From Chiloscyllium plagiosum (Eukaryota): a stretch of DNA of 55,745 bases. A program made the position numbers and the translations under genes. The DNA lies in NCBI RefSeq assembly GCF_004010195.1, contig NC_057753.1:10013679-10069423 (forward strand). Direction: 5' to 3'. This document shows positions 26,435-38,843 of this stretch, one piece after another. The notes under the pieces are model-generated. The model was not told the origin of the DNA and searched no databases. It saw only the letters and a program-made list of their open reading frames with translations. The stretch's first letter is position 1, and every line of letters starts with the position of its first letter.

Positions 26435-26799
26435 TAATTGGAGGAAGGTTTGGGGGAGATGTCAGAGTAGGTTCTTCACGCAGAGAGTGGTGGGTGCATG
26501 GAATCCACTGCCAGCAGTGGTAGTAGAGTCAGATATATTAGCAACATTTAAGCGACTCTTGGATAGGCACGTGGAAGTTAGTACAATGAAGGGTATGCCT
26601 CATCTGAGCGTAGGATAAAGTGCCTGTACTGTTCTGTGTTCTATGTCAAAAGTTTCGGATTTGTGAGCAGTACAGTCAGATCCGAGCAAACAAGGACATG
26701 CAGGTCATACGGCGCTTAGACCGAGCGAGGCGTGCAGGGTTACGGCTGCACAGGGGGTGCACAAAAGCAAGGTCAACATTTAGATTTCAAATTGGACCA

Positions 26800-27125
26800 T
26801 TTGGATGGTGTTGGACAGAGGAAGGAAGTTGCCGTCTGAGTTAAAGCTCAATCTTCATTGAGAGAGAGGAGCAGGAGCAGGAGCAGGAGCAGCTTTAGAT
26901 GCTCATGGTCCGCCTTCCGCATTCAGACAATACAGGGCGCTCTGATTGGCCGGATTACTAGCCTCCTTTCGGTCCTCCAGGGTTTCCCAAAGATTGGTCA
27001 GCCGTCCATCAGATTGATGAGGGGCGGCGCCCCATGCCTATCTGACACATGCGCACCAGCACCTCCCTCTCAGCGCACGTGCGCTATCCGTCATCAGAAG
27101 AGGGGTTTCTCCATCGCATGGGAGT
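26800..27125 (-). promoter_or_regulatory. Paralogous ZNF-type promoter and exon 1 on the minus strand, splice donor lost
   Basis: Reverse complement of 19900-20085 (ccttccgcattcagacaata, ctgattggc, aagctcaatcttcatt); contains (gagcag)4. Confidence 0.8.
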
Positions 27126-28259
27126 GTGGGAGATATAGCTGCCATTAAAGAGATGAAATCAAGTCTCATATGCCTCCTTAATCGTCCTACTCGTGTGTTG
27201 TTGTAGTACATCTCAGGAACCAACCTCTAATCGATTTTAAATGTATACACTGAATGAAAGACTATAGGTGTTTACCTCTAAACTCTATTTCCAGTTCAGT
27301 GTCAGTATACTGTATTGCTCTTTATCTGTCCTCAAATAAGGACCGAGTCAATACCCTCCACCTGTCACTCCTGAACGTTGATTTTGTTTTTTGTTTGCAC
27401 ATTCCAACACTCCGTTTCAATCATTTGTTAAAAGTTATTCGTGGTACATGAGAGTTGCTGGCTGGCCAGCATTTTGTTCCCCTTGAGAAGGTGGTGGTGG
27501 CCTGCCTTTTTGAACTGCTGTGGTCCACACGCTTCACGATGACCCACAATGCCCTGAGGGAGGGAATTCTAGGATTTTAGACCCAGCGACACTGAAGGAA
27601 CAGCAACCTATTTCCAAGTCAATCTGATGAGTGGCTTGGAGGGGTACTTGCAAGAGATTGTGTTCCCAAGTAGCNNNNNNNNNNNNNNNNNNNNNNNNNN
27701 NNNNNNNNNNNNNNNNNNNNNNNNNNNNNNNNNNNNNNNNNNNNNNNNNNNNNNNNNNNNNNNNNNNNNNNNNNNNNNNNNNNNNNNNNNNNNNNNNNNN
27801 NNNNNNNNNNNNNNNNNNNNNNNNNNNNNNNNNNNNNNNNNNNNNNNNNNNNNNNNNNNNNNNNNNNNNNNNNNNNNNNNNNNNNNNNNNNNNNNNNNNN
27901 NNNNNNNNNNNNNNNNNNNNNNNNNNNNNNNNNNNNNNNNNNNNNNNNNNNNNNNNNNNNNNNNNNNNNNNNNNNNNNNNNNNNNNNNNNNNNNNNNNNN
28001 NNNNNNNNNNNNNNNNNNNNNNNNNNNNNNNNNNNNNNNNNNNNNNNNNNNNNNNNNNNNNNNNNNNNNNNNNNNNNNNNNNNNNNNNNNNNNNNNNNNN
28101 NNNNNNNNNNNNNNNNNNNNNNNNNNNNNNNNNNNNNNNNNNNNNNNNNNNNNNNNNNNNNNNNNNNNNNNNNNGTGTTTGCATGCTTGGTAAATTTTGA
28201 GTTTGATGGAATATAAGCCTGTGAGTGTGTTGGGGGGGGGTTGTATATGACAGAGTGAG

Positions 28260-29070
28260 CGGTTGCGTTTTGCTAAAACAAGGAAGTGCAAGACTTGTAC
28301 AATTAATGGTAGGACCTTGGGTCATATTGCAAAACAGTGAGACATGGGCGGGGGGGGTTCAGGTATATAGTTCTTTGAAAGTTGCATCACTGGTAGACAT
28401 GGCAGTTAAGAAGTCATTTAGCACCATTGCCTTCACTGTTCACACCATTGAGTATAGGAGGTGGGACATCATGTTGAGGTTGTGCAGGATGTTGGTGAGG
28501 ACACTTTCCGGGTACTGAGTATATTTCTGGTGGCCCTGTAATAGGAAGAATTCTATTAAGAGGGTTCGGTAAAGATTTACCAGGATGTTCCCAGGACTGG
28601 AGGGTTTGAGCTATAAGGAGAGGCTGGGACTTTTTTTCATTGGAGCACAGGAGGATGAGGTGACCTTATTGAGATTTATAAAATGATGAGGAGTGGACGT
28701 ACGGTGAATAGCAAAGGGGGAAGCTCGAAACTCGGGGCATATTTTTAAGGTGAGAGGAGAGAGATTTAAAAGGAACGTATGGGGCAATGTTTTGACAGAG
28801 GGTGATTTGCATGTGGAATGAACTTGCTGGGGAAGTGGTAGATGCAGGTACAGTTACAACGTTTAAACAACATTTGGATGGGTACATGAATAGAAAGGTT
28901 TAAGAGGGATATGGGCCAATTGCAGGCAAGTGGGGCTAGTTTAGATGAGTTGGACGAAGGGTCTGTTTCTGTGCTATATGTCTCTATGAACCAAAGAAGT
29001 GATCTTATTGAAACCAGTAGAAAGGGGCTTGACAGGATAGATGCAGATAAAATGCTCCGTTGTGGAGGGA
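28260..29070 (+). mobile_element. CR1 3' fragments, direct paralog of 2225-3075
   Basis: Colinear similarity with the same element junctions. Confidence 0.85.
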
Positions 29071-29872
29071 GTCATAGAATCCCGCCAATGTGGAAGCAGG
29101 CCATTCAGCTCATCTATTTGTCACTGGCTCTCCGAAGAGCATCCTACCCATACCAACCCCGTTACTCCATATTTGCCATGACCAGTCCACCCTAACCTGC
29201 ACATCAGTGCGCCCTATGGGTAATATAGTGCAGCCAATCCACCCTAACCTACACCCTTATCGATAAAATTACCTTCTCGAGAATGTAATTTAAATGCAGA
29301 GCTTTTCTAAGAAAAATGTCAGTCTGACTCAACATTGGGACACAGACAGAATTCACACCTATTGTCTCTTATAGAGATATTTCTGCTTATAAATAGGGCA
29401 ACGTCTCCTCGAAATGTAGATTCATTTAGATATGACTGCGTCACTTTACATATTAAGATATTCCTTTGAATGTGCACACATCCGTCTGAAATATACTCTT
29501 GTCCATTTAAATCTCTTTATTTGCAGAAATAGCCCGTTAAAATGTCCATGCCGTTTAAAATGCAGATTTGCCCCTTTAGATATGACAAGGAATCGTTATA
29601 TGTCGGAATATCTCTTTACATTAAGCCGTGAGCTTTCCCAATGTGGACAGGGCTCCTGGAAACGTGGCAGTGTCCCCCCTGCAGCTGCAGAGCGAGACAG
29701 GAGAGTTTGTTTTTGTGAATGAGCAGTTGTAGCGCGAGGTGGCTGTTGCTTGGTGACGGTGAGGCTCCCCCGGCCCCGCCCATCCCCCGTGCAGACGTCA
29801 CGCGGGGCCGAAGGCGGTTGGGAGGAGAAGTCGCCCGAGCGGGGAAGCGGCGGGAGGGCGGCCGTTAGGAAA

Positions 29873-30088
29873 ATCGCGCCGCCCGGCCCGGGGCAGACAC
29901 CCGTCACTGGGCACCGCCGCCTACCTGGCGCAGCTGCTGTGTCACGGCCACACCGGCCGGCTGTACAGCAGCCAGGAGCCGGTGAGCAACTCGTCGGCCG
30001 CCTGGGTGGTGGAGTTCTACTGGTCGTGGGGCGGCCCCTGTGTCAACTATGGGGCCACCTGGAAGGTACTGGGCCCGGGAGGTGAAAG
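29873..30088 (+). pseudogene. QSOX2: Second QSOX exon 1 pseudo-exon (inverted copy)
   Basis: Reverse complement of 8207-8458; ATG changed to ATC; 36-bp internal deletion; same WGGPC and donor aag|gtgagg. Confidence 0.85.
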
Positions 30089-33000
30089 GTGAGGCAGGTT
30101 GTGGGGGGGACGGAGGGGGAGGAATGTGGGGCCTATCCTGTCATAGTGACATTTTACACTCACTTTCCATCTGCTTTTACTGGGGCTTGTGCTTTTTACC
30201 CTTTTTAAAAACTTCTTGTGCTTTTTACCCTCACTTTTTAAAATCATTATTTTTTTTAACCCTTGCTGTTACTTGTGCAATTGCTGAGGTTTGTGTGTAA
30301 ATACTAATGAAGGAAATTATGCACCAGCATGTATATGTTCCTCAGTCGTTGAAGAGGCGGGACTTATTGAGAATGGTTAGTAAAGCATATGGTGTACTAA
30401 GCCTTGTTAACTTGGATATAGTTTGTTATTTGTCAAAATATACTTCCTATTATTTAGAGTCGTCAGAGTTGTACGGCACAGAAACAGACACCTTTGGTCT
30501 AACCTGTCCATGTCGACCAGATATCCTAAATTAATCTCGTCCCATTTTCCAGCACTTGGCTCATATCCTTCCCACCCAGATCCTTTTAAGTGCTGTAATT
30601 GTACCAGCCTCCACCACTTCCTCTGGCAGCTCTTTCCATACACGCACCACCACCATAAGGTACCTTTTATATCTTTCTGCTCTCACCCTACACCTATGCC
30701 TTCCCCTACACTGGAGAAAAGTCAAAAAAGTTGAGCAGCCAGACAAGTTGGAAAAGCAATAAAATATCGAGCCATATGGGGAAAACAATTGTGGCTGTAT
30801 CCTTTTTTTCTCCTATTGGCATTTGGACACTTAAAATCTGTCAATAATACCAGCAGCATCACTGAGCATATTATATGCGTTCCTGTGTCAAGCACGGCGC
30901 ATGTTCACCGGTGTCACCAAACCATTGCGCGTGTCCCTCGCTGTCGACAGAAAAAGCGTGAGACTTTCTTTTTATTGATCAAGAGTACGACACTCTCATT
31001 TCTCATTCCCTTTTCCATTTATTTTTCATTGTGATGTTCGATTGTTGACTTGCTGCAACTGAAAGGAAAGGGAGTGAATCCAGGGAGGGGGCAGACTTGG
31101 GAAAAGTTGGGCTAGGTCTGTGACTCAATTGGCAAAATGGACAGTCAGGAGGCTGGAAGATCGCAGCAAGTCAGGCAGCATCAGGAGGTCAAGAAGTCAG
31201 CGTTTTGGGTGTCACCCTTGTTCAGGACGGGATGGGTGAGAGCTGCAGAACAAGGATGTGCTGGGGGCAGGGTGGTGAATTGGGGATAGGTGGGGACAGG
31301 TAAAGGGTACAACCTGGTTGGTTAATGGAAGGAAGGAATCTGGTTGGTGGAAGCAGGGAGGGGCTGGGAAGGGATTCAAGGGGTGGGGAGGGAGGGAGGT
31401 TGTTTGAAATTGGTGAACTCAATGTTGAGTCCTCCAGGCTATAGGCCGCCAAGGTGGAAGATGTGTTGTTCCTCCAATTTGCAGGTTGGATCGTTGTGGC
31501 AATGGAGGAGGTCAAAGATGGTCATGTCAGAGAGGGAGTGGGAAGGGGAATTAAAATGGGTGGTGACTGGGAGGTCTGGTCAGCCTTTGCGGCCCCGGCT
31601 GTGGACTGTTCCCCAAATTTATGCTCGGTCTCCCCAATGTAGAGAAGACCACAGTTGGCAAACACATGGCAAATACAGTACCCCAATGTGAAGTTAGAGC
31701 TTTTGCTGTGTAACAAAAAAAGCAGAAAGGAGGTGCATTGTTTAAATGTTGATATACTGTTTTTGGGATATGGAGAAAGTGAGGACAGCAGATGCTGGAG
31801 ATCAGATTTGAAAAGTGTGGTGCTGGAAAAGCACAGCAGGTCAGACAGCATTCCAGGAGCAGGAGAGTTGACATTTTGGGCACGAGCCTTTCATGTGTGG
31901 ATGTACAAAGAGGCCTCAGCGTCCTTCCTCACCAGTCAATGCCAGTTGTCAGGTGCAGCGAGCAATGAGTAGTGCAAGTGGTTATATTAGCAAGAGGAAT
32001 TGAGTTCAGAAGTGCAGATTTCTTCCTGCAGTTAAGGGGTCATTGAATATATTGTGATTTTTGAACAACAAAGAAGTGGATGTTTATTGGGGGGGGAAGG
32101 TGAGAAAATGTGTCTGGGCATTCATTCCACACACAAACCACACTCTCTTTTTTCTTAAAAAAAATGCTGCCTCAAGTCTTTCTAAAATCTTTCTCTCTTC
32201 ACCTTCAAAATTTGCTGCCTAATCTTAAAATCTCCACCCGAGGGCAATGACACCTGCCGTTCACCTCCTGTATCCCCCTCATGATTTTATACAACCTCTA
32301 AGGTTACCTCTCAACCTCCTGTGCTCCAGTGAGAAAAGTCACAGTCTATCTACCAAGATGTAGGTAGATTAATACCCAGTTATGATGTGTTCAATGCTGG
32401 TGCAGGCTCGAAAGACAAATGGCCTACTCCTGCTCCCAATTCTGACATTCTGTGCCCAGGACAGCAAAAGACCATCAGACATAGGTGCAGAAATTAGGCC
32501 GTTCAGCCCATCAGGTCTGTTCATACCACACAATCGTGGCTGATAAGTTTCTCAATCCCATTCTTTCACTTTCTCACTGTACCCCTCAATCCCCTTGATA
32601 CTCAAGAACCGATCTATCACAGTCTTCAATATCCTCAGTGACCTGGCCTCCACAGCTGTCTATGGCAAGGAATTCCATAGATTCACCACTCTCTGGCTGA
32701 AGACGTTTCTCCTCTCCGTTCTAAAAGGTCTTCCCTTTACTCTAAGGATGTGCCCTCGGCTCCTTGTCTCTCCTACCAATGAAAACATCTTCCCAATGTC
32801 CACTCTGTCCCAGCTGGTCAGTATTTTGACCCTTCAGGATGAGGTACAGGAGGGATTTGGTTCAGCAAAGTGAAAACGGAGGGGGAGTGTGTGGTATGGA
32901 GATTTTCAGCTTCTAGGGAATAAGAGAGCAAAGAGAGTTCGCTATAAATTAGAATTTTTGGGATGGGCAATAGGTTGAGGAGTGTCCGATAGAGTTTAAT

Positions 33001-33268
33001 TTAGAGAAATGAGGTATTGCATTTTGGTTGAGAAATCCAGGCAGGACTGACAGTTCAGGGGAGTGTTGCTGAACAAAGAGATCTTGGAGTCGCAGGTAGA
33101 TAGTGAAGAAGGCATTTGGTATGATTTCCTTTATTGGTCAGAGCATTGAATAAAGGAGTTGTGAGGTCATATTGTGGCTGTATGTTGGTTAGGGCATTTT
33201 TGGAATACTGCATTAAGTTTTGCTCCCCCTGATATAGGAAAGAAGTTGTGAAACTTTGAAAGGGGTCG

Positions 33269-33929
33269 TGAGAACGTTTGTAGCCTTACAACTTGTCCTT
33301 AAGCATTTAGACTAAAATGTCATGTTGAATTATAGAACACATTTTCTCCACACTAGAAAATAGACAGGCAAAACGGTTCAGGCAATTAAGAACATTTGCC
33401 TGAACATCAGTGAATTTGTATAAACAAGATATTAAGTGATAACATTCACGGCTGTTCCTTTGTGAAATGAATAAGTGTTTGATTCTGACCACAACACGAA
33501 ACTCGGTATCAATTACTTCTGTCCTGAATTATTGTCCTTCACTGTTATCTGTCAAGTTCAGAACATGCAGTGCTTTTGTAAAAAAAAATCATATAAAGAA
33601 AGCATGCTTGCGACAGCACCGCCTTTGTAAAAAAAAACTTGTGTATAAAATTAGTATAGGAAGTAGCCCACCAGGGCTGTTGAAAGGAGAGCGATTTGCT
33701 ACTCTTCTGGGTTAATAGAATCCAATTAGATTGTCGTATAGGTATCAGTGTTATGTTGTAATGGTGATGGTATTAATGAAGGGGATAATTTAAAATTAAA
33801 CTGTCTGTAAGAGTTTTTCTTTTTATTCCAGACTTCCAAAGAGTACGATCTCTGGGATGAACCAAGATAGGCTGACAGGTCTGAGTCCACAAGGGACTCC
33901 CTGCACAGTCTCATATCTGTACTTTATCA
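33269..33929 (+). mobile_element. Probable 5' LTR of the endogenous retrovirus
   Basis: Starts TGAGAA where host CR1 similarity stops; ends TTATCA (imperfect inverted termini) 3 nt before the PBS; TATAAAA at about 33644; ATTAAA at about 33795. Confidence 0.6.
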
Positions 33930-33932
33930 ATT

Positions 33933-33951
33933 TGGCGTTGCGAGCAGGGTT
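33933..33951 (+). promoter_or_regulatory. Primer binding site, tRNA-Ser-like
   Basis: TGGCGTTGCGAGCAGGGTT; as recalled, 2 mismatches from the complement of the vertebrate tRNA-Ser(TGA) 3' end. Confidence 0.7.
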
Positions 33952-34691
33952 CCAACAAGGGCTACATTTGAGTGAAACTGGAAAAGAGGAGCTCCACCTA
34001 AGGGTTGGACTCGAGACCAATGGGCCCACAAGGTAAAATTGTACCTTGATTACTCTCTGTCTACTTCTGTGTGGTGTTTCCCCCATTTCACTCTCTCGGT
34101 ACCCTGATGGAACCCTAAATGAGATCGTTTAAATAGGACTAAAAACAGAAACTGTCAGGATTTTACAATGTTGAGAATGTTTTGCAGAAGTAATTAGTCT
34201 TGTTCATTGTCAGGTTGTTGATTATTGAAAGTTTTAAGTCGAGATTATCTTCTCTGTTGTATCTGTTCAGCTTGGCTTGTCTTGCTTTGCTGTTTTGTCT
34301 TGTTTGTTAGTTATGGTTTTGTTCTGTTTGGGTGTTCTTTGTTTATGAAATATAGAGGGTGGCTGCTGCTTTTGTCATGTATAAAAAAAGAAAGCTGGCC
34401 AGTGATACAATTCTTGCATACTTGGTTAAGCAACTATGTGCCACATCCAGGATTTATGAGACGTCTGGAATGTGAGTGCCTCATTCCTCTTAAAATGTTC
34501 AAGTGTACGTATGAGAGCAAGTGCACGAGACAGACTCTGCACTGATTCCCTGCAGCTTGCAGAAAGTTTAATCCTTTGAGATTTGGTTTGGATGCACATT
34601 TGCTTGTTGACAAGTGAATGTTTGTGTTTTGTGGGATTGGAGCCCCTATAGATCGGTAGTTTTGTGAAGATTTAAAGTAGGTAGGATAACT

Positions 34692-36729
34692 ATGAGCGTG
34701 CCCCTAAATAAGATGTAAGACAAATGTCCCCTAACAGAAATAACAAGTCTGTTTCCTTAATTATGAGAAACAATTAAGGAGAATAGCAGCTGCAGCTGCT
34801 CAACAGAATAAGGATTGGTCTCTAGGAGGCACACATGATTTAACTCTATTCACTAAAATTGAACAAGGGATTTGGAAAAAAGGAAAGGGAAGTAAGCAGA
34901 AAGAAGTCTTATCAGAGTGGAAAAGGGTAGCTCGGGGGAAAAACTGGAAAAATCCATGCAATCATCATAGAGACAAAACTGTATTAAAAGGGGAATTAGT
35001 CCATTAACTGAGGAAGGATCTGAACTAAATTGGACAGAACTAAAACATAAATGTGAAGCACATGATTTAGAAGCAGAATTGGAATTGGCTAGGGAGAAAA
35101 GTTTTTAAAAAGCAAAGATTCAGAATCTACGTTGAAATGTCAAGGGCACCAAAGAAAAATAAAATTGATGAATAGACAACAGACTGCAATTGCAGCTGCG
35201 CAGGACGAAGCTGACAGGGACTGTTCCTTATACCCCATCCTTCCCCTCTTCCAAAGACCCATTACTAAAGAATCCTGATCCGTTTGTGGATGGTGGATGG
35301 GATACTGATTCGGAGGAGGAAGTATTTTATGCCTCCCATCCTGTCAGCTGACCATCTCCAGTTCCCTGCCTGAACCATCCCCCCTTACTCTGATGATGAA
35401 CGTGCCAAGGCTCATGACCTTTCCCCCCCCTCCCCAGCTGTTCAGCCGAATAAGAATTCGGCTTCCCACAAACCTACCGCACTCGTAGTCAATTAAAATT
35501 AAAACCTGATAGAAACGCTGAAGAGACTCCTTTTGATTTCCACTGCCCCTAAACTAAGAAGTCCTGAAGACATCAATGACTTGCAATCAAAGTCTCGGGA
35601 CCTTAATATCAGACCTTGCACTCACCCTGATGTGGGAGGGCCAAAAAGAAATTTCCTGAATAGAAGAGATTCCTAACCCCCAGGCTCTGAATCCGGGACA
35701 AGCCCAATTTGTGGATCTTTATCAACCATGGAAACCTCATGACTCTCAAGCATTATCAATAAGGCTGCAGATTATGGAAGGAATCCTGAGGGATCTGTTA
35801 ATTACATTAATAGGACTTAGACCATTGATAATGCTTCCTCCCAAGACCTACTTCACCTCTGAATGCAGCCTTTCACCTGAAAAATGGGCTCGTTCTTAGA
35901 AATTTAACAAGGTAATAATCATACCCAGCTTGTAGTCCGGCACCTGGCCGAAACTATCAGATTGGATTATTACCTGTCTCCACCAAGCAGTGCGTCGTGC
36001 AGTTGATGTGGGTAAAGTCTTAACATGTAAACCTAGCTCGGGCGAAGGGGCTGAGGAGTTCCTTACCCGTTTTAAGGAATGCTATGGCGCTTCCTCTGGT
36101 GACGCTAACTACCTACAAGGGTGATCATCCCAATTTAATGCCCTATATATGATAGTCTTATCTGATCAGGTTCGGAAAGCTATTAAAACCCACAACATCC
36201 ACTGGCAAGATGCTGAGATTGCACAATTCAGCCGAGAGGTTTGTTACTTCTGGGAAGTAAAGGATCCCAAGAGTAAGGCTACCATTGGCACGGTCAAGAC
36301 AGAACTTGCCCAAACTACAGTGGCTAAACCTAAACCCAGGATTCAAAGAAGACCTTTCCGTCTGCAAGGTCAGTCAAGCTAGCAAGTGAAACCCTCATAC
36401 TATCGTCCAGTATGGCAGGACAGGAGAAATGGTACTGTGTATTCAGAACATCCCAATGGACCTTGCGGTCCTCCTATGTATCCTTCCCCTATAGTCCATG
36501 ATGCCTCTATACATCCTCTCATTACTCTTCACTGCCTCCTCCACCCCCTAGAGACCCCCATCAACTACACCTTTGTTTCAATTGCAGTGAACTAGGACAT
36601 TGGTCCAAGAACTGCCCTTTCCATAGCAGTCACTGGTTCATCACCGGAGTAAAAACAACAGACAATCTGCTGGTCTCCCTCCCCAATGAGGTTGCCCCTT
36701 TTACTGCACAAAACCCTTTTCAAAACTGA
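34692..36729 (+). pseudogene. gag: ERV gag, disrupted
   Basis: MA-like DWSLGGTHDL (about 34813), LYPIL late motif (35228), CA YQPWKPHD, MHR-like KPSSGEGAEEFLTRFKECY (about 36030-36085), zinc knuckle CFNCSELGHWSKNC 36574-36615, TGA 36727-36729; start approximate. Confidence 0.85.
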
Positions 36730-38843
36730 CTCCCGGATATAGGGCAGTTTCCTGCTTTGAATTGTCCCGTACTTACCGGTAGCCCAGAAGATGGACCTAT
36801 GCTAATTCTTAACATTAATGGCCACTATATTGAACTCATGTTTGACACAGGAGCCACTGTTTCATCACTTCCCATCCATCTTGCTAATGCTTTTGATTTT
36901 CAACTCTCGGACAATGATGAAATCCTGCGATATTTTGATGGTTCCTCTAATAAGTATGCACATGCTGTCCCTCTGACAGTGGTGTGGAAGACTTGTGTCA
37001 CGCTCCCTTTTTGCTTTGTTGTTGCTAATGGATTACATATACCACTACTCGCTAGAGATCTCTGTCCTCTAAATATTAGTATTGAATGTCATGATGATGG
37101 TATCCTGATTCAGGATCCACCTCATTTTGTTCAATGCATCAATACCAAACCAAAGCCGCCTCGATGGTGGTCATTTGATTTGGATCCTTATGCTTTCGAT
37201 CCTATTTTACATAATGTCCCTCACCCCCACATTACTTTAGCTTATGACTCATCCAGGAATGATCTCAGGTTTGAACACATGTTATAATCCCTTACTGGGC
37301 ACTACTCAGCACGCTTGGGTGATTGGTGAGATCAGGTCACCAGCTGGTGGCGTTCTTTTCGTGTCAGTTCCCCTTCATATCTGGAAAACTGGCCCTCTCA
37401 TTTTCCCCTGTGTCACCACTCACTTGAACCCAGAACACGAAGTCCAAGAAGTAGGTTTTGACACTAAAACTCATTTTGTTTTTGACCGTGCTGATCAAAC
37501 TTGCCGTGAAATTTGGCTGCTTGCTCAAGCATCAATCCTATTTTATGCACAGCTTTAGTCGATTCATGGCAGCCTTCATCATCATCATGCCCACCCTCAC
37601 CCACAGGATGCAGTATATCTGGGCGGACTCTAAAACACAAGTGGTCCTTGCTAAGGTCCCACCCATCTTCATTCTGATCAAATCTAATTCTGTCCTCCTG
37701 TCTATACCTCAATACCCCCTGAAACCAGAAGGTGAAGCTGGCATTCAACCTGTCATTGATTCATTTCTAAAGCAAGGCCTTCTAGTCCCATGCCATTCTT
37801 CTGTCAATACACCTATCTTTCCGATCCCTAAACCGGGATGTCCTGAATGTCGTTCATGACCTTCGTGAAGTAAATAAAATCATTGAGCCTCATCATCCTC
37901 CAGTTGCCAATCCTGCTACTATCCTCAGCCAAGTTCCAGTTGATGCCAAGATCTTCACTGTCATTGACCTCCAACATGCATTCTTTTGTCTTCCTTTGCA
38001 TCCAGATAGCCCAATACATTTTTGCCTTCTTTTAAGGGCCACCAATATACGTGGACCTGCCTACCTCAAGGGTTTATTCACTCACCCACACTCTCTTTTC
38101 AGAGACTCTTCACGCCCAGCTTGAATCATTTGAATTTCCTGGAGACGCTACCCTAGTTCAATACATCGATGACCTCCTCGCTAGCCCTGATGAAGTGTCC
38201 AATCACACTGACTCCACGACCTTTCTCAAACATCCACATCAATGTGGCTATATTGTACTCCCCCGCAAAGTTAAGCCTAATCAGAAAGAAGTTAAGTTCC
38301 TAGGTACTCTCATTTCTGAATTCGATTGGTGCTTGACACCTGAATGTATTGATCCTATTCTTTGTATTGCCCCTCCAACCACTCCTAAACAGATACGATA
38401 GTTTCTCGACCTCATCAATTATTGCTGACAATGGATTCCTAATTTTTGGGTCAGAGGGCACAATTATCTCCCCTGTCCTCGTCTAATGAGCTTAACGGTA
38501 TGAACTCACCCCATAACAATTACAAGTCTTTACGGAACTTAAAACTATCCTCTCTTCAGCACCCATGCTAGGCCGACATTTGTAGACTGCCACTTTCATC
38601 TTTATGTTGCCATCCTTGATACCTGTGTTACAGCGGTTCTCACCCAGCAACATGGCTCCTCTTGGTGCCCTATTGCCTATTATTCTACTAAGCTTGACCC
38701 TGCTGCTTAAGGTATGTCTTACTGCACCCAGATTCTCTCTGCCATCCATACATGCATGGTAATGGCTGCCTCAAATATAACTTTACATCAAAATGTAGAA
38801 GTCTGTACCTCATATTCTGCAGTATCCTTGCTGATCTCTAAAC
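36730..38843 (+). pseudogene. pol: ERV pro-pol (protease, 2H-phosphoesterase-like domain, RT, connection), disrupted and 3'-truncated
   Basis: MFDTGAT (D at 36844), PLLARDL, IPQYPL...VNTPIFPIPKPG, DLREVN, FTVIDLQHAFF, TWTCLPQGF.HSP, LVQYIDDLL (38162-38173), PIAYYSTKLDP. Confidence 0.93.

Noticed and set aside
27534..28325. Long ORFs at 27.5-28.3 kb and 49.1-49.9 kb
   Set aside because: Artefacts of N runs translated as X
34225..34545. Hydrophobic ORF as a retroviral accessory membrane protein
   Set aside because: TTG start in the T-rich ERV leader; hydrophobicity follows from base composition and there is no supporting motif
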